Source: Zygnema circumcarinatum SAG 698-1b
Lineage: Eukaryota > Plantae > Zygnematophyceae
Direction of reading: 5' to 3'
NCBI GenBank assembly: GCA_037447605.1
Contig: CM074812.1
Coordinates: 1,984,001-2,048,000 of the forward strand
DNA length: 64,000 nt
Made by a program: the position numbers and the translations under genes. Below are positions 36,505 through 46,823 of the stretch, one piece after another (position 1 is the first letter of the stretch; each line of letters starts with the position of its first letter). The notes under the pieces are model-generated. The model worked only from the letters and a program-made list of their open reading frames with translations. It did no database searches and had not been told where the DNA came from.

Positions 36505-38229
36505 TCATTCATCTTCTTCTCCTTCTCCTCCTTCTCCTCCTTCTCCTTCTCCTTCTCCTTCCGGCGGCAGCAGGTCCGCCAAGCTGTCGAGGACGGCGTC
36601 CGGCAGGACCGCTCCGGGCTGCTCGCGGTGGCGCGCGAGCGTCTGCCACGTGGTGACGCCGGATAGGACGAGGAGGGTGCGCAGGCCGCCACGGTGGCCG
36701 AACAGGATGTCGGTGTCGAGGCGGTCACCGACCATCACTGTGCGCGACCGGTCAAGGCTGTGCTCGCTCACAATGATGTCCAGCATCAGGCTATTGGGTT
36801 TGCCTGCCCCAAACTCTCCCAGAAGTGGAAACAAAAGTTTAGCCAAAAGGGGGGGGGGGGGGGGGGAAGCAGATATGAAAAAAACGCATTTTGGACCAGT
36901 TCAGGCAGAACTATGTACGTAGATGTAGTAAATGCTCAATTCAAGACAAGCCCTAAAAACCCTAAAAACCCCACAAACCCTACAAACCCTAAGAACCCGT
37001 GTAAAGCCCTAAGATTCAAGAGCACTAAGAAAGTGCGAAAAGCCCCTTGAGTGACCCCCCACAGAGGTCGCAATCTCCACAGAGGCAGAGGGCGACGCAC
37101 CCACCACCACAGCCGTCTTCCCGGATGCCTTCTCAATGGCGGCTATGATACTCCCCGCCCCCGGGATGAGCCGCCCGTTGGCTGCATTCAGCGCACTGTC
37201 GCTGTTGGTGGCCACAAAGAGGCAGTCCGCACTCCCCTGCAGGAGGGCTACTGCGTGCGCCAATTTGGCGTAGCAGAAGCGCGGGTCCAAGCCCGCCACT
37301 ACAGCGCCTATGGAAGGGTCTAGGGCCACACCGGCAGCCTCCTCCAAGGGGATGGCGGCGCACGGGTAGGAGAGGCCGCCCGTGAAGGGGATGCCCTGCG
37401 CGGCAAGCTCGTCCTCTATGCCGGCCATGCCCACCACGAAGGCCTTCTTGGAGAAGTTGAGGCGGCGGAGGTACGCAGCCGCAGCGTAGGCGGAGCAGTA
37501 AACCTCCTCGGGCTGCGCAGGGATGCCCTTCGACTGCAGCTTGTGCGTGCACTGCAGGCGAGACTTGGTGGCGTTGTTGGTCACAAATATGACCTGCAGG
37601 AGAGTGGGCGCAGGGAGAAAGGAAGCGACAGCAGAGACTAAGGAGGGAGAGAGAAGGACAGAGATATGTGAGGTCGGTAGAATGGTGGCTGTGAGGCATT
37701 GTTCCCGGTGAGGATTAATGGAACCTACGGGATTTTAGGGTTCGCTATGGTTTCAGAAAGTTGAGAGAGCCTCTGCGAAGTTTTCAGGAGTTCAACGTTC
37801 GTCCAAAACTTCAACGAGTTTTCTGAGGAACTTAAGGCGCTTGTTGGGGTTCCAAAGGGGGATCAAACGGAGCATGGGTGCGGTGCACGGCTGGGACAGC
37901 GATCCTCCTACTTACGCCTCTACGTCATTCCTCGCTGCGGTTCTGCGACTGACCCATTGAAAAATCTGAGAAGCGATCGATGCCAACCCAAAAGGATACA
38001 GCTCTAAAAAACCCAAAAAACCCTAAAGACCCTGAAGTCTTGAAGAGAACCGGAAAGCCACGTGAGCAGATCCGTCGCGCACCTTCTTCCCCTGTGCGCG
38101 CAGCAGCGCCACGGCCCGGTCCGCGCCCGGCAGCAGCTGCTCGCCGCGCCACAGCACGCCGTCGCAGTCGAGCAGGACCGCCTCCGCGTGCGCCACCACC
38201 TCGCGCCCTCCGCCCGCCGCCATGGCCAT
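36505..38229 (-). CDS. HAD-superfamily IIA phosphatase (phosphoglycolate / 4-nitrophenyl / pyridoxal phosphatase-like), 3 exons
   Basis: Motif I LLDCDGVLWRG; motif II FVTNNATKSR; VYCSAYAAAAYL; GAVVAGLDPRFCYAKL; FVATNSD..PGAGS; motif III GKPN; motif IV MVGDRLDTDILFG; LLVLSGVTT; acidic tail; stop 36505-36507. Confidence 0.93.
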
Positions 38230-38486
38230 AGCTCCCGCGCTCTCAGCGAGCAACTGCGCAATGAGAGGATTCGAACTGGGGACCTCGCTCTACCGCTTCC
38301 GCCGGAGCTGGCTGTGTCCTGGAATGGTGCCGCTGCACATGGCCGCCCTCGCCATGTGCAAGGGCAATGGCCTACCCGCAGATTGTGGGGGGGATCGGTC
38401 GACCCAGAAACTGTGAATCCGATCACTTGCGTAGAATTAGGATGTGAAGGCTATTTTAGGATTGTGATGTGACGCTCGATTTTTTA

Positions 38487-38898
38487 GGCAAAGGTTTCAC
38501 AGATCGGACCATTAGACAAACCAGTCGACTGGTTGGCAACCACTGGTTGCGGACCGAAACAACCATTCGACTGGTTGCCAACCAGTGGATGCCACTGGTT
38601 GGCAACCATTCGACTGGTTTGGAACCAGTGGATGCCACTGGTTGGCAACCAGTCGACTGGTTTGGAACCAGTGGATGCCACTGGTTGGCAACCATTCGAC
38701 TGGTTGGCAATCAGTGCCGCCGGATCGAAACACCCATTCGACTGGTTGCGAACCAGTGGCGCAGGACTGAAACAACCATTCGACTGGTTCGGAACCAGTG
38801 ATCCAATGGTTGGCAACCATTGAATTTCTGAAATTATGCCTTTTTGCAAAAATGGGTCGTTTGTGTTTTTTGGTTGGTTGCCAACCGTTGACAACTAG
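38487..38898. repeat. Palindrome-rich minisatellite block A, ending in hairpin + CTAG (Helitron-like 3' end)
   Basis: Modules ACCAGTCGACTGGT, CTGGTTGCCAACCAG, ACCAGTGGATGCCACTGGT; end GGTTGG-TTG-CCAACC, 8 nt, CTAG|T (38895-38899). Confidence 0.75.
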
Positions 38899-38916
38899 TG
38901 TAACAAGCCTGATGCG

Positions 38917-39780
38917 CAGGGCTCTTCAAATAGGGGAGATCCCCTAAATATCGTAAATAGCTTATTTATGTAAGATTTTGAGATTAGTTTACGTGATTTC
39001 AACTTAAATACCACACAAGCCCCAAAAAAGCATTTTTTTGGTTAAAAACAAAAAGGAAATGAATTGCATTTGCAACCACGATAGCAATGATGTATATAAA
39101 CTTTACTTGTTGATATAACAACACGGCTTTAGAAACTGGTGCAACCTCTTCGACTCTTATAGATTGGTAAATTTTACCAATCAATTAGAACAACTGTACA
39201 TTTGGCAATCACAACATATAGTTGCTTATTCAAAAACCCAATTGCACGGAAACTTTGTAGATCCAATCCTAAGCTCTCTATTTCCTTTTCCATCCATCAT
39301 TAATTACTCCAAGTATCACTTTAGAATCCATCATAGTCTTGAAATTTCCTCACAAAAACTCTATTCCAAATCATAACCTTTGAAATTCTAGGTGTAGTCA
39401 CAAAAGAAAAACTGAAATAGGAACTAAAATTAGAAATGAAATGAAAAATGGTCTCACTCCCTTAGGAGTTTTAGGCTGATCAAGACAGCTATAGAAGTGA
39501 TGCAAACTACTCAAAGAGACCCTCGAAGAGCGGTCAAACTATCAAACTGTTTGCAGTGAAGAATGCCTTCCAATGAAAAGTCTGTCAACCTCTTTCGAAA
39601 CTCGTCTTTCTCCCATCCAATTACTGAAAAATCAGACTCGACGGTAGCAGCGTTGGGAAATAATGAACGTCCGTACGTGCACGGTTTTGTCCGTACAGTC
39701 CATATTTACGTGTTTTTACAAAACCAAGTTAGGGGACAGTCCCCTATCTTAAGCCGAAATCCCCTATTTGAAGAGCCCTG
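38917..39780 (-). mobile_element. Non-autonomous (internally deleted) hAT DNA transposon, 864 bp
   Basis: Perfect 21-bp TIR CAGGGCTCTTCAAATAGGGGA (38917-38937) / TCCCCTATTTGAAGAGCCCTG (39760-39780); perfect 8-bp TSD CTGATGCG (38909-38916, 39781-39788); transposase-like remnant on the minus strand at 39666-39511. Confidence 0.93.
39511..39666 (-). pseudogene. hAT-like transposase C-terminal (dimerisation region) remnant
   Basis: SLFPNAATVESDFSVIGWEKDEFRKRLTDFSLEGILHCKQFDSLTALRGSL*; resembles the S..VER.FS...K...R..L motif; no start codon; not in the ORF track. Confidence 0.7.
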
Positions 39781-39912
39781 CTGATGCGTACAGATGCGTA
39801 CGAATTCGTACAGCAGAATCGTACGGTTGTACGGAGATTCTGTACGGCCGAACTGTAATAGTTTTCTCCGAAACGCCGACGGCATTTTGGTAACTGTAGC
39901 GTTCAGTTCGCT

Positions 39913-40229
39913 ACAACTAGTGATTTAATGGTTGCCAACCATTTGATTTAATGGATATAACCATTCGACTGGTTGCCAACCAGTGCCGCCAGATCGAAAC
40001 AACCATTCGACTGGTTGCCAACCAGCGCCGCCAGATCGAAACAACCATTCGACTGGTTGCCAACCAGTGGTTGCGGACCGAAACAACCATTCGATTGGTT
40101 GCCAACCAGTGGCATCCACTGGTTGGCAACCAGTCGACTGATTGCCAACCAGTAGACGTCCAACCATTGCCATCCAATGGTTGTCCAATGGTTGCCGATC
40201 CACTGGTCCGAACTGTGAAAGGTTTTGCC
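39913..40229. repeat. Palindrome-rich minisatellite block B, same family as block A
   Basis: Same modules, with GGTTGCGGACCGAAACAACCATTCG in the same orientation as in block A; begins at a second ACAACTAGTG; right end is an imperfect inverted repeat of the left end of block A. Confidence 0.8.
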
Positions 40230-40771
40230 ATCCGCAAAGAGCACATTCACGCAGCGGCGCACAGGATGGGATGTCCGTACACTCATTCATAAAGGGGGAA
40301 AATAACAATGCACAATTTTGAAAATTTGCGGAGGAACGGCCGTTCAGAGAAGGGCCGGGTCGCGGCTCGCGCGCTGACAGTCTATATCCTTTGGGCCCGG
40401 CGTTGCGAGGATGCGACACGTGTCACATTCAGCAGGCACGCCGCAGAGGCATGCTGATCGGAGCTGTTTGGAGGATGTGAACACCTTTTGATGTGCAGCC
40501 GAGAGAGAGAGAGCGAGAAAGAGAGAGAGAGAGGCAGACGCCTAAAGCCTACAAGAACGGGCCCTCTCTGGTTGTGAGCTTCCTCAATTCGCCCTTCCCC
40601 TCCCCTCCATCCCCAGCTCTCTACTTGGTGCCGAACATGCCTACACGTGGCAGAACCATTCTCTTCTAGCGTTTTGGTTTCTGCGGTTTCTCCTAACTCT
40701 GCAATTCCAAGCAGAGTGCATTTCTGTTCCCGGCCCCCAAAAACGACATCCTGTGGCAGCATGCCGCCAGC

Positions 40772-42366
40772 TCAGCCCTCCACCAGCTTTACTTGGGTCC
40801 TGCTTACGCCCACATGCATCGCACCAGTTAGCCTTTTCACAACCCTACTCCATCCTGACCTGCATCCTGACCTGCATCCTGACCTGCATCCTGACCTGCA
40901 TCCTGACCTGCATCCTGACCTGCATCTTGACCTGCATCCTGACCTGCATCTTGACCTGCATCCTGACCTGCATCCTGACCTGCATCCTGACCTGCATCCT
41001 GACCTGCATCCTGACCTGCATCCTGACCTGCATCCTGACCTGCATCCTGACCTGCATCCTGACCTGCATCCTGACCTGCATCCTGACCTGCATCCTGACC
41101 TGCATCCTGACCTGCATCCTGACCTGCATCCTGACCTGCATGCACCCCTTCCCGCTGCGCTTACCCGAACGCGTCCTTCTTGATGGAAAGTAGCTCCACA
41201 TTGATCTGTTAGCCGCTTTCCCGGACGGCCCAAATCCATCGACGACTCAGTGGTTAAGGAGAGAGTTTTCAGTCGGCCGTACACGAGCACAGAATCCCCT
41301 TCAAGTGCACACACAACTTGCTGCAATCGAGGTGCCAATCACGCATGAAGGAAACCCTTCAACAGGTGCATAGAGGGGCCACGTGGCGGTCCCTGATTGG
41401 GCACACGTGCGCACCTCCAGCGTGGACCCGGGCGGGATCTCCTGCACTTGCCGATTGCCGTACGCCAGCTCGGGAGGCACTAGAAGCACGCGCTGCACCC
41501 TCCGAGCCAATCACAGGATGCCACGTCACTGTATTTCCCAGCAGGGGTTGCGAGTAGCCTCAAGCCACAGGAGCATCCGTCTGGGGGCTGAAATTGCTTT
41601 AGAGGATGTCATATACATAGTGCATACAATTTCCATGAATACGATTTGTGCCAAGTGTCCTTGTTGTTGTTAATTCAACTCCAAACCCTTCAAACCAAGG
41701 CATGAAGACGGAGGATGGAAGCTGTGTTGTGTTGTGGCACTCCCTCTCACCTCTCCCCCCACTCGCATCCCCTCCACCCCCTGATCGAGTCCCTTCAGCA
41801 CATAGCCGATGGACGAGCTGCCCACATCGAAGCCCAGGGGAGTGCCACCTGTCACTCCAAGCCCCTGACGGCTGCCCCCCCCCCAAAAGCAAAAGGACCG
41901 TACATGAACACGATCAGAAACGCAAATTTCGCCAATCATTGGACTTTTCTGCTTTTGCGTGAGGTGCATTCAGAGCAACAGCAGATCCTGACCTTGTCAT
42001 GAAGGTGATCCCTTTCCACTTGGCCACATAGTGCACCTGCAGAACACCCATCTCCAGCTCAGCTGTTTTCAATTTGCATTTGGCATTCATTCACAAGGAC
42101 ATGGGGAATTGAATGGTCCCTTTTCGCCAACAGGAGGGACATGGACGGATATCGGATGAAACATGAGACAGAAAAGTTATGAACACAAACGACAAGATTG
42201 TACACAAAGACGAAAGAGAGGATAGGGTGGAGATTCCTCCGGACATTTTACAAGAAATAAACTGAACCAGCAGTAAGGATTTCATAAAGAGCAGATCACC
42301 TCACGAGGAAGCGATTAAAAACTGATGAAAAGGGTGGGCATGGACCTTGGGTCACTCAAGCGCATG

Positions 42367-42456
<90 letters not shown>

Positions 42457-43734
42457 TTTCACTTTCTAGGCACACTTAGACTTGAACGAGGACGATGCTG
42501 AACACGAGGGAGCATTCGAAAGAGAGAGGCAGAGCGGAGGCCTACCGCCACTCGCGACCCCTTCACCGCCATTGGTCCGCTGCCCACACTGATGTCATAG
42601 ATCTTGAGCCCTGACGGCAGCGTGGTGTAATCCGCTTCCGGAATGTCCTTCTCCCGCAGCTGCGTGCCATGCATGTGCCATTCATCCATCCATGGGTCCG
42701 CGAAGGATGTGCCCCGTCGAAAAACCCTAAAAACCTTAAAAACCCTAAAAACCCTAAACCCTATCCCTAAAAACCCTAAAACCCGCCACGTGGCAGTACA
42801 AAGGAGCCCCACGCGGCGCATCACATGGGCGGCAGAGAGAAAAAGAGCGCACCGCTCTGCGACTCGAGGACACGGCCTGTGCACCCTCCGCCCCTGCAGG
42901 CTCGGATGAGAGCAAAGGGTGAGGGAAAGTCAAGGCAAATCTAAGAATTATGCACGGCACACTGGCAGTTTTTTGCAAGCAAAACACGAGAGCCTGCAGT
43001 ACCTTTTTCAGGGAGAGAGAAGGGAAATACAAAGGGCGCGAGAAAGAGTAAAAGGAGAGGAGCAGAATGTGTAAAGGGAGGGAATGAGATCGAACGGAAA
43101 TCACACCAGCAAGCAAGAGAGAGGGAGAGAGGAAGATTGAGGGAGGCGGGGAGAGAGGGGGGGGGAGATAGATAGAGAGAGAGAGAGGAGGAGAGAGTGA
43201 CAGTGAGAGAGAGAGAGAGAGAAAGACCTGACAGCAGCCCTGCTGCAGCCGCGCCAACGGCTATGAGCACCTCTCGGCGTGCCGGCTCCTCCGCTCCGGC
43301 GCCAGCTGTCACCACGAGAGCGCTGCGGCGGCTTACCCGTTGGCCTTCGGTGGCTCTGCCCGCGCCGCGGAGCTCTGCACCCTCAAACTCTTAAAGGGCT
43401 AAAAGTGCTGCACAGTGCTATCTATCTCAAGTCAATCCGAAACACCTCAACAGCCTGCACGGCCTGAATGCGCAGAGAAGGCAGAATGGAATTGATTGTA
43501 ATCCGCTTTGCATGCGCCTGACATGCCCGAAACCAAAGGACAGACAAGACAAGGGCCAGAACAGAGAAGGAACAGTGAAGCTTTCAGAAGCACAAGGGTA
43601 AAAGACCTCTCCTCCCGCCAGGCCCATGGCGCCCCCCCCCCCCCCCCNNNNNNNNNNCCCCCCCCCCCCCCCCCTCGCTCACCGGGCGGGGAGAGGGAGA
43701 GCGCCATCGCGGCGGCAGCGGAGAGGGACGCCAT
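40772..43734 (-). CDS. FKBP16-4: Thylakoid-lumen FKBP peptidyl-prolyl isomerase, FKBP16-4-like, multi-exon
   Basis: Transit-like [17 protein letters not shown]; [17 protein letters not shown]; [35 protein letters not shown]; [14 protein letters not shown]; [34 protein letters not shown]; [27 protein letters not shown]; [14 protein letters not shown]; TQVKLVEG*. Confidence 0.93.
40851..41140. repeat. 12-bp tandem repeat (CATCCTGACCTG) x24 in the last FKBP16-4 intron
   Basis: Read directly; two units carry the CATCTTGACCTG variant. Confidence 0.98.
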
Positions 43735-44015
43735 GGCCTCAGGGCCCTCTGCCGCGACAAGAGGAGCCCCTGCCTCCCTTAGAGAGAGCTCGTGTCGTGC
43801 GGCCAATTTTAGCCAGCCCAGGCTATTAATGGTTAATTAGTTTTTGGCTTGAGACACTAATTCGTGATTAGTCACCTCCCAGTCTTACTCTGGTCATAGC
43901 CAGTACATGCCACGCCATGCCATGCCATGCCACGCCATGCCATCCCATGCCCCCGCGACCCCCCATGGCCATCCGCCCGCTCCTCTCCCACCCTTCCTCT
44001 CTCCCTCCCTCCGCC

Positions 44016-44541
44016 ATGGCTCGCCCCCTCCTCGCCGCCACGTGGCTGGCCCCGCTGCCGCCTCCTCCCCCCGCGCGCGGCCCGGCCCGCCCCTCCGCCT
44101 CCGCCCGCTGTCGCTGTCGCTGCCGCGTGGAGGAGCCCCCTCCCCCTCCCCCTCCCCCTCCGGCCCCTCAGCGCGGCGGGCGGCGCGCCCCCCTGCTGGC
44201 TCTGGCGCTCTGCGGCCTCCACGTGGCAGGCGGAGCGGCTCTGGCGCTGCCCCCTCCAGACGTGGGCCCCGTCGTGTTGCGGTCCGCCCTCTGCCCCTCT
44301 CCTCCTCGATGCTTCATGGCAATGCAACGGCGCTGACAGTCCTAAACACATGAAAATGTTCACCTTGGGGATAGAGAAGCGGGGGGCATGGCCCCCATGC
44401 TTACCTCCACTTCATTACCTCTCTCATTCTATTCCTTTCTATCGCTATACCTCCTCCGGCGGGTATTACCTGGCCCTTTTCGCTTCATCGTTTCCTCTCT
44501 TTCGTTGTCTCCATCACCCTCCTCCCCTTGGCTGTTTCGTT

Positions 44542-44597
<56 letters not shown>

Positions 44598-46703
44598 TAT
44601 CAGTATAACAGTCTGCCTCTCTCTCATTCTCCTCTCCCACCCCCCACCACCTCCCCTCTCTGCGCTCTCTCCACCCCTCCCATTCTCTTCCTCTTCTCCC
44701 TCTGTCCCACATCCTCTCGCTTTTCTCTTTCTTCCCCTTCTCGCTTTCATACGCACACACGCACTTACATTCACCTCGCTCTCTCCCTCCATTTCCTTTC
44801 CACTCTCCCGCCTCCCCTCCCTCTCTCTTTCACCCCCTCCTCTCTCTTTCTGGCATGCCCTCAGCGTCTGACAGACACCCGCGAGGGGGTCGGTGCAGGC
44901 AGCTCCTTCACAACCCCTGGAGGAGTCCGAGTGCAGGGTGCTTTCCCGCCCCACGACCCAAATCCCAAACTTTAAATTCCTGACCCTTGCCCTCCCCTCC
45001 TCTTGGGTGAGCAGCTGCAGAGAGTTTGGAGGTAACAAAGTGATAGCTGCTCGAGGGGAGGTTGTCTGCAGAAATATTTGAGGGAAGCGGCCCCGAGGCT
45101 CGGTCAGGCGACATTCTGCAGTTCAACTATGTTTGCCGCCGCGCTAACGGTTACTATGTCTACAGGTAGTCAGTCTTTCCCGATGTGTGACTTTCACATT
45201 GACATTCGTCCTTTTCTTTCATTATCTTGTCTTGTTCTTCCGTTCCATTGCACCGTGTTACGTTCATGTTTGCTTGCATTCACTTCACATCCCTGTTCGA
45301 GCATTCCTGGTGAGAAGAGGACTCTTTAAACAGTCTTCGAGAACACGTTCTTTAAGCCGTAGATTTTCAATAGCTGACGTGCTCCCTCCCGTTATGGCAC
45401 TCCCCATTACTTGGCTTCCTTATTTGTGATAGCCTCTCTAGAAGGCTGTCTGTTGTTATGCACTCTAAACCTGAGCAGTGCAAATGGCTGGCTTGCATTT
45501 CTCATACACTCTGTATAAACTTCTACTCGATTTGTTTCATTAGACCTCCAGATTGACATGTATTTTACTAAACGTTATTAGACCGTAATGTTCTGGTAGT
45601 ATACATATTTTGGAAATGGTGGCAGCACTGTCGACCCCTTCAATGGTGCAGCTGAGCCTGTGCAGCTACCCCTCGGCCTCGGCCAGGCAGGCCCTGAACC
45701 CTCCTCCTCTTTCCGTTCGTCTCTTCTCTTGCTTGCTGCTCTCCCTGCTTATATCATAAGACACTTCTAAGGTTCTGCAAGGGAGCGAGGCCGCATGTGC
45801 TGTTTGTTCCTAAATTTTGAGTTACTTTCGTGATTACGACTGTGAATCCACTTCTGCGGACTTACCGGATGTACTCAATGAGAGTAGGGTTTTTTTTTTT
45901 CGTTTTTCTTTAGTATGTTGGCAGTGGTTTTCCTTTTGCGGAGTTTATTCTCCGGAGAAGATAGGATCTCTCCATATTGAGAGGAGAGTGGGAGGGAGGT
46001 GGGAGCGTAATGGTTATAGAGCAGATGATTGCCGGTCTGGAGGAGGCGTTGGAGGGAATGCGGCCCGGCGGTATTGCTCTTACTTCCACCTCGCTTTCTG
46101 CAGTCATGACCGTCCGACTTGTCTTTAACTCACAGTCACACCCTTATAAAGTCTCCTTTAAGCAGTATAACTAGTCACTCAGGTGGAGCTGTAGAGGATA
46201 GCCACCTTTTTGCAAATTCGCTAGCATAATTCCAAAAAACGAAGACATTCTTTTATCCTTATAATGGTTCTTGGATGGTTGTCGGCTGCCGCATGGGCTC
46301 TCATGGGTTGGCTGATCCTCACACATGCATGCATGCATGCATTGCCATGCATTGCCATGCAGGTAAGCGACGAGCATTAGTGCCGCCTGCCTTAGGTTAT
46401 GTGAGCCGTGACCTCCAGCCTCAGCCCAAAGAGGTGCGCCTCTTAAAGATGGAGAAGATGGATAGGGATGCATGGATAGACTACTCGTGGTTTCCGTTTG
46501 TAACTTTATTGCGTACACACTCTTTCAGTTTTACTAGGAGAGATTGTACCGCGCTTCGATCTGTTGGAAGGAGCGAGTGAGGTCTGCCTTGGACTGACTT
46601 TGACCCGCTGCCACGTGGCGTGCAGTTCGGGCCCCTCAGGTCGCTCTTTGCGCACGCGGGAGAGCCTCTCGTGTTCGAGTTGCAGCTGCTCAAGGTCAAG
46701 TGA
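44016..46703 (+). CDS. FKBP16-1: Thylakoid-lumen FKBP peptidyl-prolyl isomerase, FKBP16-1-like, multi-exon
   Basis: Bipartite transit peptide with GRRAPLLALAL..AALA; GPVVLRSFTTPGGVRVQ; EIFEGSGPEARSGDILQFNYVCRRANGYYVYS; TVDPFNG..LGQ; MIAGLEEALEGMRPGG; KRRALVPPALGY..QPQPKE; FGPLRSLFAHAGEPLVFELQLLKVK* (stop 46701-46703). NYVCRRANGY is characteristic of FKBP16-1. Alternative ATG at 43965. Confidence 0.92.
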
Positions 46704-46823
46704 GAGGGAGATGGGTGACGTAATGGAGGGGTTAGGACACATCTCTCAGCTAGAAGACGTTTCCNNNNNNNNNNGGAGGGAGGAGGGGCCGAGAGACAGG
46801 CGCTGGGTTGAGGGTGTACTCAC

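Noticed and set aside
38456-40292. Many overlapping ORFs with LVANQW / QPVEW repeats
   Set aside because: Translations of palindromic minisatellite modules, open on both strands.
34352-41140. CRISPR-like reading of the 36/72-bp, palindromic and 12-bp arrays
   Set aside because: No unique spacers, no cas genes, eukaryotic context.
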